From IMG/VR virus record IMGVR_UViG_3300008450_000004, positions 32,001 to 96,000 of that record: 64,000 nucleotides of DNA; one strand, written 5' to 3'. Numbering within the stretch: position 1 is the stretch's first letter; each line of letters begins with the position of its first letter. Of this stretch, positions 41,226-50,642 are shown in pieces. The translations under genes were made by a program, and so were the position numbers. Below the pieces are notes generated by a model, which worked only from the letters and a program-made list of their open reading frames with translations, did not search any database and was not told the origin of the DNA. This DNA is from a virus.

Positions 41226-42029
41226 ATGATGAAGATCAAGTTAAATAAAGGTAGAATATTCTTTACAAGTGATACTCACTACGGTCATACAAACATATGT
41301 CGTGGTGTGAGTAACTGGAGAGATGAAAACGGTAATGTACCTATTCATCAAACTCGTGATTTTAAATCACTTGACCATATGAATGACTATATCGTTAATT
41401 CTATTAACAGTAAAGTAGGAGAAGATGATATTTTGTTTCATTTAGGTGATTGGTCGTTTGGTGGGTTTGATAATGTAGCTAAATTTAGAAGTAGAGTTAA
41501 ATGTAAAAATATTCATTTAATATTAGGTAACCACGATCATCACATTGAACGTAACAAACAATTATTAAACTACTACAAAAATCCAGAAACATTAAATATA
41601 ATAGAAGGAGATGCTTCCGAGAATTATTATGAGGAATATAAGTTTGGAGAATATTGGAATAATAAAGTATATGCTCAAGACTTATTCAGCTCAGTAAACC
41701 AATATCTACGATTACAAGTATATGTTTACCCAAGTACTAAATTGTATGCTGGTGATGTTGATTTAGTATTAATGCATTACCCAATCGCAAGTTGGCACAA
41801 CATGAATGATGGTGTTATACATCTTCACGGACACGTTCATTTGCCTCCAGATAAAAAATTATCACAAGGTAAAGCAATGGATGTGGGTGTAGATGGAAAT
41901 AATATGGTACCTTATTCATTAGGTGAGATTATGAATATAATGGATAAACAACCAATTGCTAAGTTATCATTACCTCAAGACCATCATGAGGAGAGGTTGA
42001 TGGGTAGTAAAGGAAGTTCAAGTTTTTAA
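41226..42029 (+). CDS. calcineurin-like phosphoesterase
   Basis: FTSDTHYGH, HLGDW, LGNHDH, HYP, HLHGHVH, DVGVD. Confidence 0.88.
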   Translation: MMKIKLNKGRIFFTSDTHYGHTNICRGVSNWRDENGNVPIHQTRDFKSLDHMNDYIVNSINSKVGEDDILFHLGDWSFGGFDNVAKFRSRVKCKNIHLILGNHDHHIERNKQLLNYYKNPETLNIIEGDASENYYEEYKFGEYWNNKVYAQDLFSSVNQYLRLQVYVYPSTKLYAGDVDLVLMHYPIASWHNMNDGVIHLHGHVHLPPDKKLSQGKAMDVGVDGNNMVPYSLGEIMNIMDKQPIAKLSLPQDHHEERLMGSKGSSSF

Positions 42030-42031
42030 TT

Positions 42032-42316
42032 ATGAATATACTAACAAAAATATTATTTTTATTGTTTATAGTATTAAGTAGTTGCTCTACAGATGATAAT
42101 GTTGATTACAATTGCACTCAAGGTACTATTAGAATATTAAATAAAGAAAAATATCCATGTGGTCGAGGTGGAGGATATTGTTCATTTATGTTTTATTTAT
42201 ATGATGGTAAAAAGGCTTATTGGTGTGATACTGATAGAGATACTTGGAATAAATATAATATAAACGATACATTACCTACATTAGTAATAACTAAAACTGT
42301 ATACAATGATAAATAA
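42032..42316 (+). CDS. putative lipoprotein
   Basis: LSSC lipobox. Confidence 0.6.
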   Translation: MNILTKILFLLFIVLSSCSTDDNVDYNCTQGTIRILNKEKYPCGRGGGYCSFMFYLYDGKKAYWCDTDRDTWNKYNINDTLPTLVITKTVYNDK

Positions 42317-42710
42317 AGAATTTACCCCTTACGAACAAGCATTAGCTTTAAAAGCAATTGGATTCAATGAACCTTGTTTAAAATATTGGAATGGTATTGG
42401 AGAATATTTTGACCAAAAAGATTGGTTTAATTGGAATCAATCTGAAAAGTTTGTTTCTATTCCTCTATACCAACAAGCATTTAGATGGTTTAGAGAGAAG
42501 TATAATATTCAAGGTTATATCTATTCAAGTACTGTCAGAGGTAATTCGGAAAAAACTAAACAGTTTACAGGGTACATTTGGAATATAAATGGTATTGATA
42601 TGCCTTTTATTTCTACAGATGCTAGAGATGAATTACATGATACATACGAAGAAGCAGAACTCTATTGTCTTAGAAAATTAATTGAAATAGTAAAAACAAA
42701 AATAAGATGA
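42306..42710 (+). CDS. hypothetical protein, paralog of 61390..61788
   Basis: KEF.PYEQAL.LK..GF.EPC, PLYQQAFRWFREKY, TYEEAEL.CL.KLIEIVK shared. Confidence 0.75.
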   Translation: MINKEFTPYEQALALKAIGFNEPCLKYWNGIGEYFDQKDWFNWNQSEKFVSIPLYQQAFRWFREKYNIQGYIYSSTVRGNSEKTKQFTGYIWNINGIDMPFISTDARDELHDTYEEAELYCLRKLIEIVKTKIR

Positions 42711-43141
42711 AACAAAGAATATATTTAGATGATATCAGAACACCGATCAACCCAAACAACGAATGGGTAGATGGTATTCCAAATTGGATTGTAGTAAGAA
42801 GCTATGATGAGTTCGTAACCAAAGTAAATGAAATTGGTTTAGATAACATTGAGTTTATTTCTCTCGACCATGACTTAGGTGACAGCGCTATGAAAGAATG
42901 GCATACAAATGTATATCATAACTATAAATTAGATTACAATAACATAACTGAAAAAACAGGTTATGATTGTGCTAAATGGTTAGTTGAACAATGGTTAGAT
43001 GGTAAACCAGTAGTTGATGTTTATACGCATTCAGCGAATGCTATCGGAAGTGCTAATATTATGGGTCTTATTAATAATTACAGGCATATTAACAAATTGC
43101 CACAAAATTGTGTTAGAGTACAAATTGAACATACAGTATGA
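42707..43141 (+). CDS. cyclic-phosphate-processing receiver-domain protein
   Basis: IYLDDIRTP, VRSYDEF, ISLDHDLG, TGYDCAKWL, HSAN..G. Confidence 0.8.
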   Translation: MKQRIYLDDIRTPINPNNEWVDGIPNWIVVRSYDEFVTKVNEIGLDNIEFISLDHDLGDSAMKEWHTNVYHNYKLDYNNITEKTGYDCAKWLVEQWLDGKPVVDVYTHSANAIGSANIMGLINNYRHINKLPQNCVRVQIEHTV

Positions 43142-43401
43142 TTTTAAGAAATAAATTATTGCAAGCACTAACATTAGTGCTAATAGTTATGGTAGCGGCT
43201 ATGGTAATCTTTAAAATAGCTGATATGTTACCTGATCACCAAGTTAAAATAACTTATAGTGTAGGTGGTGCACAACGCGTTTATATTGTAAAATCTAGTT
43301 CAGTATCACATAAAACTAATAGTGAGTGTATTACATTTACAGATGATAATGGATGTAGTCATACAGTATGCGGAACATTTGAAACAGAAATAATAAAATA
43401 A
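43138..43401 (+). CDS. membrane-anchored hypothetical protein
   Basis: N-terminal TM. Confidence 0.6.
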   Translation: MILRNKLLQALTLVLIVMVAAMVIFKIADMLPDHQVKITYSVGGAQRVYIVKSSSVSHKTNSECITFTDDNGCSHTVCGTFETEIIK

Positions 43402-43636
43402 AAGAATTAATATGAAAAAAACAGTTATAGATCTTTGCGTAACATTAATAGTCATTGGTAATATGACATACGCCTTACAATGTTTTAGTATACTTACATT
43501 ACCGTTATGGATATATACCCTTCCATATGCATTGTTTTTACTTTCATTATTATTTTTTTACATAAAAAAGTAATTATTATATCTAAAAATAGGGATTGTC
43601 AAAATTACTTTATTATCTTTATAAAAAATAAAGGTT

Positions 43637-44224
43637 ATGAAAAATATTTTTAAAATTGATCCAAAAACACTTGAACTAAAACCATTTAATGTTGTTAAAA
43701 AAATATTAATAACAGCAACAATAATATCAACTATCCTGAGTTCAGTATTCTTATACTCAGGATATAAGTTAGGTAAAAGTACTTTAATTAGTCTTTCAGA
43801 AGAAGAAAAATTAATTATTATTCAAGAACGTAATAAATTTTCAGAAGAAAAATTAATTGAGAAATTAAAAGAATTAAACATTAAATTTCCTCATATAGTA
43901 TTTGCTCAATCAAAACTTGAAACAGGTAATTTTACAAGTAAAATATTTCGAGAAGGAAATAATTTATTTGGTATGCGTGAAGCTAAACAACGAATAACAA
44001 CTGCTAAAGGTACTGAAAATAATCATGCCTTTTATAATACATGGTATGAATCAGTTTTAGATTATTCCTTCTATCAATGTAAATATTTATCAAACATTAC
44101 AACTGAGGAATTATATTTTGATTATTTATCTCAATCATATGCTGAAAATATTAACTATGTTAGTATATTAAAAAATATGATTAATAAAGAAAATTTAAAA
44201 GCTAAATTTAGTTTATCAAAATAA
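43637..44224 (+). CDS. membrane-anchored glucosaminidase-family peptidoglycan hydrolase
   Basis: AQSKLETG, NNLFGM, YAEN..Y; N-terminal TM. Confidence 0.75.
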   Translation: MKNIFKIDPKTLELKPFNVVKKILITATIISTILSSVFLYSGYKLGKSTLISLSEEEKLIIIQERNKFSEEKLIEKLKELNIKFPHIVFAQSKLETGNFTSKIFREGNNLFGMREAKQRITTAKGTENNHAFYNTWYESVLDYSFYQCKYLSNITTEELYFDYLSQSYAENINYVSILKNMINKENLKAKFSLSK

Positions 44225-44258
44225 AAATATTATATTTACAAAATTAAAATAAAATAAT

Positions 44259-44585
44259 ATGAGTGGAGGATACTTTGATTATAAACAATGGCACATCCAA
44301 CAAATTGCTGAGGATGTAGAAACTATTATTGAGAAAAATGGTAGGAAAAAAACAAATGAAGAAATCAAAAATGAAGGAAGGTATGACCCTGATTGGTATA
44401 AAAAATACCCTGAAGATCTCTATCATTATCAATACCCAGATGAAGTAATTGAAAAATTTAAGGAAGGTTTAGTTATACTTAAAGAAGCAGCTATATACGC
44501 TCAACGTATTGACTGGTTATTATCGGGTGATGATGGTGAGGAATCATTCCATAGACGACTAAAAGAAGATTTGGATAAAATATGA
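44259..44585 (+). CDS. conserved phage hypothetical protein
   Basis: MSGGYFDY...IDWLLSGDDGEESF. Confidence 0.75.
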   Translation: MSGGYFDYKQWHIQQIAEDVETIIEKNGRKKTNEEIKNEGRYDPDWYKKYPEDLYHYQYPDEVIEKFKEGLVILKEAAIYAQRIDWLLSGDDGEESFHRRLKEDLDKI

Positions 44586-45187
44586 GTAAAAATTTAAAAA
44601 TAATATTTTTGGATAACGATGGAGTAATATGCCTATCCAATAATTGGGGCAGTCGTGTTAAAAAACGAAATAGTTGGAGCGGTTTGAAACTTTCAATGAG
44701 TTCAAGAGAAATACCTGTTGAATATCGTTTCGATAACTTTGATGAAAAAGCTATCAAAGTATTAAATGAAATCTTAAAAGAAACTGGAGCAGAAATAGTA
44801 GTTAGTTCTGATTGGAGACATCATGCAACATTAGAAGAGTTAGGAGAATATTACTTATCTCAAGGAATAATAAAAGCACCTATCTCTGTTACTTCCGTAA
44901 CTAGTGATATTAATCCAGAGCTTTGGAAAGTATTAAGACACAGAGCTGATTTAGAATTAGAACGTTCTATTGAAATATTGAATTGGCTAGATAAGCACCC
45001 AGAAGTAACGAATTGGGTTGCTGTTGATGATTTAAATATGTCTGTTAAGTATTTATCTGATCGTTTTACTCATAAAGATGGATTAGATGAAAAGCCGGGC
45101 TTAACTAACTTCGTTCATACAGTAAAATCTAATGAAGGGATAAAGCAAAGTGGTATTAAAGAAAAAATAATAAAGTATTTGATATGA
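44582..45187 (+). CDS. HAD-family 'Swiss Army knife RNA repair'-like protein
   Basis: IIFLDNDGV, IVVSSDWR, EILNWL, WVAVDD. Confidence 0.8.
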   Translation: MSKNLKIIFLDNDGVICLSNNWGSRVKKRNSWSGLKLSMSSREIPVEYRFDNFDEKAIKVLNEILKETGAEIVVSSDWRHHATLEELGEYYLSQGIIKAPISVTSVTSDINPELWKVLRHRADLELERSIEILNWLDKHPEVTNWVAVDDLNMSVKYLSDRFTHKDGLDEKPGLTNFVHTVKSNEGIKQSGIKEKIIKYLI

Positions 45188-45409
45188 AAACAATAACGCA
45201 ACAAATACAAATAAAAAAATAACATGAAAGAAACACATATCGCATTATTACAATTATCGTTTGGCAATGATATACTTAAAACAATTGATTATATTAAAGA
45301 AGCTGGAGTAGAAACGATTATACTTTCTTCTGGAGAAGAAGTGGCTTCGGATAAATTTTGCAATAACATTAAAGAGTATTATAATTTAACACACTAAAAC
45401 AAAACAAAC

Positions 45410-45892
45410 ATGAATTTAAAATTAAACAGTTGGTATGTATGGTTATGGGATTATACATATTCAGAAAGAGTTCCAAACAATCTTTGTCCTTTATTTTGGA
45501 AATTAGTAGTAGCAGTATTATTATTTATTCCAAATGTTATTTTTAGAATACCTACAGTAATAGTTAATTTATTTTATAGTAAAGGAAATAAAATAATTGA
45601 AGGTAGAACAGGTATAGGTATATTAATTTATATGTTTTTAATTGCTTCTGTATTTGTATTATATTCTATATATAACTATTTATTATGGTTATTTGAAGCT
45701 TATAGTTATGATAAAGACTGTGCTACTTTTGGAGGGATTGGTTTATGTGTAGCTTTATTCTTTCTTATTAGATATTATTGGTTAAAGAAAGATGTAGGAT
45801 ATGCTATTAAAGAAACAACAACAGATAATATAATAGTAAATTATGCTTCATCTTGGTATAACAAACATTGCCCTAAAATAAATTGGAAATAA
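45410..45892 (+). CDS. multi-TM membrane protein
   Basis: three hydrophobic segments; C-terminal CPKINW. Confidence 0.7.
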   Translation: MNLKLNSWYVWLWDYTYSERVPNNLCPLFWKLVVAVLLFIPNVIFRIPTVIVNLFYSKGNKIIEGRTGIGILIYMFLIASVFVLYSIYNYLLWLFEAYSYDKDCATFGGIGLCVALFFLIRYYWLKKDVGYAIKETTTDNIIVNYASSWYNKHCPKINWK

Positions 45893-45897
45893 ATAAC

Positions 45898-46122
45898 ATG
45901 AAAGGATTATTAAATAATAATGAAACATCGTTTGTTAATCCTGAACAAAAACAAACAGCAGTTGAATGGTTACATGAAATTGCAAAACAAAGAGAACCTG
46001 ATAAGTTTGATTGGCAACAAGCCAAAGCAATGGAGAAAGAACAGATAATCAAAGCTATTGACTATTGTAGAGATAAATACATTGATTCGGAAAATTACTA
46101 CAACGAAACCTATGGAAAATAA
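45898..46122 (+). CDS. KQTAVEWL-family small protein
   Basis: KQTAVEWL...QAKAMEKEQII...YYNETYG; related to 56052..56282. Confidence 0.65.
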   Translation: MKGLLNNNETSFVNPEQKQTAVEWLHEIAKQREPDKFDWQQAKAMEKEQIIKAIDYCRDKYIDSENYYNETYGK

Positions 46123-46372
46123 AATAACAGCAATGCAACAACTACTTACTCAACTAAAAGACGAAAGAGCAAAACTTCCAATACTTATTGAATGGGATAG
46201 ATGTTATCAAGCTATTGAGATGGTAATACAAAATACTTATTTACCAATCGAGAAGAAGCAAATAATGTGTGCTTATGTTGAAGGATGTAGTGATTCTATT
46301 TTAGACGAATCAACAGATAAAACACGGTCAGAAGATTATTATAATGAAACATTTGAAAAAGAAGTAAGATGA
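46112..46372 (+). CDS. small protein related to the KQTAVEWL family
   Basis: KITAMQQL...EKKQIMCAY...YYNETF; part of ORF 46058..46372. Confidence 0.6.
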   Translation: MENKITAMQQLLTQLKDERAKLPILIEWDRCYQAIEMVIQNTYLPIEKKQIMCAYVEGCSDSILDESTDKTRSEDYYNETFEKEVR

Positions 46373-46923
46373 AGAGAAATGAATTAAGAATTGGTAATTT
46401 AGTTGATTTAGGTAATAGAATTGCTAAAATTATTGAAATAAGTAATTTATCTTGTGTAGTTGTTGATTTAGAAGAAACACAAGATACAATAGAGGATTAT
46501 GAACGAACAAAACCAATACCATTAACCGAAGAGTGGTTGTATAAATTTGGGTTTAAGGATATAGATAAAGGTGATCATGATTATAATACATATACCGATT
46601 CAAACCACGACTACTATTTACAAATTGATGTTAGGAAAAAAGATGGTAAATATAGTATTTTAGATAATTCTTTTGATGATTTAAGGGATTTTTCAATGGT
46701 AGATATTAGTTATGTTCATCAACTTCAAAACCTTTATTTTGCTTTAACAGGTGAAGAATTAATTATGAATAATAATACATACTCAATACCCATTTACGAA
46801 AACGGAATAAAAACAGAATGGAGTGTTGATGGTATTGTAGGTGATGAAAAATATTATCAACTATTAGAATTAGGTAATGGAAAAGATTTACCTGATATGA
46901 TTAACACAACAATAAAAGGATAG
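46369..46923 (+). CDS. hypothetical protein
   Basis: ELRIGNLV, PIPLTEEWL.KFGF, YVHQLQNLYFALTGEEL. Confidence 0.75.
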   Translation: MKRNELRIGNLVDLGNRIAKIIEISNLSCVVVDLEETQDTIEDYERTKPIPLTEEWLYKFGFKDIDKGDHDYNTYTDSNHDYYLQIDVRKKDGKYSILDNSFDDLRDFSMVDISYVHQLQNLYFALTGEELIMNNNTYSIPIYENGIKTEWSVDGIVGDEKYYQLLELGNGKDLPDMINTTIKG

Positions 46924-46929
46924 AAAGTT

Positions 46930-47280
46930 ATGAATAAAGAACAAGAAGGTATTATTGAGTTGGTTGGTCAAGAATATACTAAATGGTTTTATGATAATGC
47001 GGTTCCATCTGTTAGTGGTAAGCCTATATTAAATGGGGAATGGATATTAACTAGATGTGAATTCATCAACAAATGTAAAAACGATTCTGAGTTCTCTGAA
47101 AAGTGGGGATTAAAGATTGAGGAACGAGAGTTAGATATGATGGAAAGATGGGTGATAGCAGATTTAACACCTAATATGGAAGAATTTGATTTTGCTAATT
47201 ATATGTGCGATAAACATAATGTCCCAACCAAACTAATCACAATAACATATAAAAACGAAAGGATAGAAAGTTATGAATAA
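46930..47280 (+). CDS. protein resembling two internal segments of the neighbouring ThyA
   Basis: EFINKCKNDSEFSEKWG, RELD..ER and KHNVPTK match ThyA EFINKIKTDDEFAKQWG, RELSKDER and KHNIPTR. Confidence 0.65.
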   Translation: MNKEQEGIIELVGQEYTKWFYDNAVPSVSGKPILNGEWILTRCEFINKCKNDSEFSEKWGLKIEERELDMMERWVIADLTPNMEEFDFANYMCDKHNVPTKLITITYKNERIESYE

Positions 47281-47446
47281 TAAAATCAAAAAAGGAAATC
47301 TGAATTATGACCAATCAGGTAGAGCATACCCCGATAATCCACAAATAAAAGAAAATTGGAATTGTATTTGGGAAAAAGATGGTAAACATTATAAGTTAGT
47401 TAGTGATAATGAGCATAAAGAATGGGAAGAAATAGAAAAACAATAG
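47273..47446 (+). CDS. small hypothetical protein (57 aa)
   Basis: read by hand (MNNKIKKGNLNYDQSGRAYP...). Confidence 0.55.
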   Translation: MNNKIKKGNLNYDQSGRAYPDNPQIKENWNCIWEKDGKHYKLVSDNEHKEWEEIEKQ

Positions 47447-47452
47447 AAAGTT

Positions 47453-47671
47453 ATGAATAATCTTAGAACTATAACTCTTACAAATCCATCATATACTTTT
47501 GTTGGAATATATCCTAAACTTATAATAAATTTTGATACAGATAAAAATGATACTGAATTAGATGGGATGATTGTTGATGGTACTGAAACTACACTTAATA
47601 AAGTATCTACAACCGTTAAATGTAAATTATCATATAAAGATGGTAAATTAACTGGAGAAAAAATAAAATAA
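47453..47671 (+). CDS. hypothetical protein
   Basis: 72-aa ORF. Confidence 0.6.
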   Translation: MNNLRTITLTNPSYTFVGIYPKLIINFDTDKNDTELDGMIVDGTETTLNKVSTTVKCKLSYKDGKLTGEKIK

Positions 47672-47889
47672 TGAATAAAAGAAGAGACCAAATAGAATCA
47701 CTATTAAATATGGAAGACCCAATAACAAAACAAAATTGGATGGGTTGGGATAAAAAAGACTGTTCAGAAGTAGGGTTGTGCGAAATCCTATTAGCACAAC
47801 TTATCAGAGAACATAAACAAGAGAATGGTGAGTGGTATGATACCGATTACGATAAAATAAAATTAAGATACAATGAACAACCTAGATAA
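47671..47889 (+). CDS. hypothetical protein
   Basis: 72-aa ORF. Confidence 0.6.
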   Translation: MNKRRDQIESLLNMEDPITKQNWMGWDKKDCSEVGLCEILLAQLIREHKQENGEWYDTDYDKIKLRYNEQPR

Positions 47890-47944
47890 AACATACACAG
47901 CACTCCTTCAAGACATTCTTGATAATGGATTTTTCCGAAGATAG
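47873..47944 (+). pseudogene. remnant 5' end of thyA
   Basis: MNNLDKTYTALLQDILDNGFFRR* parallels ThyA start MNKLDLDYQNLLKDILENG. Confidence 0.75.
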
Positions 47945-47987
47945 ATAATGTTCCTGTATTTTATAATATTTATAATAAAAAAATATT

Positions 47988-48707
47988 ATGAAAGCATACA
48001 TTTATAAAAAGACACTACTTCTAACTGGAAGATCATATATAGGTCAACATAATGGAAATGATCCTAACTATTATGGAAGTGGAGTAGATTGGAAAAAAGA
48101 TATTAAAAAATACAATATAGACTGGAATCAGGATATTATAACTGAAATTTTAGAATACGTTGAAGATATTAATCAATTAGATGAAAGAGAAGAATATTGG
48201 TTAAAACATTTTGATGTAGTCAATAACCCGTTATATTACAATAAAACAACAAAACCATTTGGTCCTATTACTCATTCTGAAGAAACAAGAATAATAATAT
48301 CTAATAAAAATAAAGGGAAAAAAAGAGAAGGAGAAGCATTAGATAATTTAAGAAAAGGACATAAAAAACGTATTTTAAATATAAATAGAGAGAAGATATC
48401 TCAAACTAAAAAAGGACATGAGTGTTATAAAAATCCTGAAAGAGCAGAGAAAATAAAAAAAGCTAATTTAGGAAAAAAAAGAACAGAAGAAACTAAACAA
48501 AAAATGAGCAAAGCTCTTCTAGGTAAAAGTACAAAACCTAAAAAACAAATAAAAGAATATGATTTAGAACAAAATTTCATCCAAACTTGGAATTCAGTAA
48601 ATGAATTAATATCTTATTATAAAGAAAATAATTTAGGTTTTGATTATACTACATTTTTAAAAAAACAAAAAGAAAATAAACCTTATAAAAACCGTTATTG
48701 GTTATGA
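47988..48707 (+). CDS. GIY-YIG (Seg-like) homing endonuclease with NUMOD3 repeats
   Basis: YIY...SYIGQH, YYGSG, REEYWL, HSEETR, RTEETKQKMSKA. Confidence 0.85.
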   Translation: MKAYIYKKTLLLTGRSYIGQHNGNDPNYYGSGVDWKKDIKKYNIDWNQDIITEILEYVEDINQLDEREEYWLKHFDVVNNPLYYNKTTKPFGPITHSEETRIIISNKNKGKKREGEALDNLRKGHKKRILNINREKISQTKKGHECYKNPERAEKIKKANLGKKRTEETKQKMSKALLGKSTKPKKQIKEYDLEQNFIQTWNSVNELISYYKENNLGFDYTTFLKKQKENKPYKNRYWL

Positions 48708-49822
48708 ATAAATTAGATTTAGATTACCAAAATTTACTAAAAGATATTTTAGAAAATGGCATAAAAAAAGAAACTAGAAATGGTGGTACCATTAGTGTAT
48801 TTGGTAGACAAATACGTCATAAAATGAGTGAAGGATTTCCACTTCTTACAACCAAGAAGATGAGTTGGAAATCAATTGTAACAGAGTTATTATGGTTCTT
48901 ACGTGGTGAGACATCAATAGAATATCTCTTAAAAAACGATTGCAATATCTGGACAGGAGATGCGTATAAGAATTATTGTGAAAATATAAATCTTCCACCA
49001 ACACGAACATTACCATTGGGAACTAAGGTAATTCCTACATTATACACACAAGAAGAATTCATCAACAAAATCAAAACAGATGATGAGTTTGCTAAACAGT
49101 GGGGTGAATTAGGTCCGATTTATGGTAAGCAATGGAGAAGATGGAAAGGTAAGTTAGTTGATAAATCAATAGAGTTTGATGCACATACTGCCTGGGTACC
49201 TGAGCAAATAGATCAAATTGCAAACTTAATCAACGACCTAAAAACAAACCCAGACTCAAGACGATTAATGGTTAATGCTTGGAATGTAGGTGAATTAGAC
49301 CAAATGGTACTTCCTCCTTGTCATTATAGCTTTCAAGTTTATACAAGAGAGTTGAGTAAAGATGAACGATTAGAATGTCTAAATAAGATAAAGGATAAAG
49401 ATGGTTTGTTTATCACAAAGTTACCACATAAACATTTACGTGAGCTGTTTGAAAAACATAACATTCCAACCAGAGCAATCTCTTTAATGTGGAATCAACG
49501 TTCAGTAGATACATTCTTAGGTTTACCATTCAATATTGCTTCTTATGGATTGTTATTAGAAATCATTGCTAAAGAAGTTAATATGGTTCCTGATGAACTT
49601 ATAGGTAACTTAGGCGATACACATCTTTATTCTAATCATATTGAACAAGCTAAAGAACAAATTGGTAGAGAACCATATCCATTACCAACATTAAATATTT
49701 TTGAACCAACAATTGGTAAAAAAATATCTATACTTGATAATTTACATATATGGTCACCTAATTGTTTTATTATAGAAAACTACCAATCACACCCAACAAT
49801 TAAAGCACCTTTATCAAATTGA
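48704..49822 (+). CDS. thyA: thymidylate synthase with insertions
   Basis: FPLLTTKK, ELLWFLRG, LGPIYGKQWR, DSRRLMVNAWN, LPPCH, QRSVDTFLGLPFNIASY, GDTHLYSNH. Confidence 0.97.
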   Translation: MNKLDLDYQNLLKDILENGIKKETRNGGTISVFGRQIRHKMSEGFPLLTTKKMSWKSIVTELLWFLRGETSIEYLLKNDCNIWTGDAYKNYCENINLPPTRTLPLGTKVIPTLYTQEEFINKIKTDDEFAKQWGELGPIYGKQWRRWKGKLVDKSIEFDAHTAWVPEQIDQIANLINDLKTNPDSRRLMVNAWNVGELDQMVLPPCHYSFQVYTRELSKDERLECLNKIKDKDGLFITKLPHKHLRELFEKHNIPTRAISLMWNQRSVDTFLGLPFNIASYGLLLEIIAKEVNMVPDELIGNLGDTHLYSNHIEQAKEQIGREPYPLPTLNIFEPTIGKKISILDNLHIWSPNCFIIENYQSHPTIKAPLSN

Positions 49823-49850
49823 TCGATATTTATATTAAATAACAAACATA

Positions 49851-50162
49851 ATGAAAAAATCAGAGCTAAAACAAATTATTAAAGAAGAAATTAGTAAGAT
49901 AATAAACGAATTTAAATACGAAATAATTGATCCTCAACAATCAAAATAATCATTAAATAATATATTAGACGCAATAAAATTACTAAATAACAATGGATTG
50001 AAATTAACTCCTGAAGATAAAAGTGGTCATTATTCAGGCGGATATAATCATATCAATTCAATGTATGTAAATAGCCCCGTTCCTTTTGATGTATTAATAA
50101 GAAAGGCTAATGATATATTAGCTCAAAACGACATGGAGCACTTAAAGATTATTGAAGTATAA
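49851..50162 (+). pseudogene. MKKSELKQIIKEEI-type ORF interrupted by one in-frame TAA
   Basis: 104-codon frame with a single internal TAA at 49947-49949; ATATTTATA motif upstream. Confidence 0.55.
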
Positions 50163-50165
50163 TAA

Positions 50166-50597
50166 ATGAATAAAACTCCTCCTTACATATCAGATGATTT
50201 TCAAATAGGACCAGATGGTGCGTTTGAATACATTGAAGATGATATTGTTAGAAATAGAGGAAATAAAAATATGAGTAATAAAGAAGATAAAATATTAAGG
50301 GAAATATACAAACGTGCTTATGCTGCTGCTACACCACCAGCCGATTTTGATATATTAATAGCTAATGCTACCTTAGACGAATATAATAGAAAAGTAATAC
50401 CATATAACGATTATGAGTTAGAAGATGGTATTGCCCAACAAATAATAGATGATGTAATGAAGGAATTTAAAGTAGCGAAATGGAAACGTCAATTGTTTAA
50501 TAATACATATTGGTTAGGTTGTTCACCTAAGAGTAAACAAGATGATTTATCAGATTGGAATGTTACACTTAATGATGGAATCTCTATAATAAATTAA
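50166..50597 (+). CDS. hypothetical protein
   Basis: 143-aa ORF. Confidence 0.7.
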   Translation: MNKTPPYISDDFQIGPDGAFEYIEDDIVRNRGNKNMSNKEDKILREIYKRAYAAATPPADFDILIANATLDEYNRKVIPYNDYELEDGIAQQIIDDVMKEFKVAKWKRQLFNNTYWLGCSPKSKQDDLSDWNVTLNDGISIIN

Positions 50598-50642
50598 GGC
50601 TTGGCAGAGTCTTTTTTGTATATTTATAAAAATAAATTTAAC

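Larger units (their letters stand above)
46920..47460 (+). repeat. three exact 18-bp repeats ATAGAAAGTTATGAATAA at gene junctions
   Basis: copies at 46920-46937, 47263-47280, 47443-47460, each containing a start codon. Confidence 0.8.

Noticed and set aside
49947-49949. Genome-wide stop-codon reassignment
   Set aside because: Core genes are full length under the standard code and end in TAA, TAG or TGA; only one internal stop was found, and the tRNA-Trp anticodon is the ordinary CCA.
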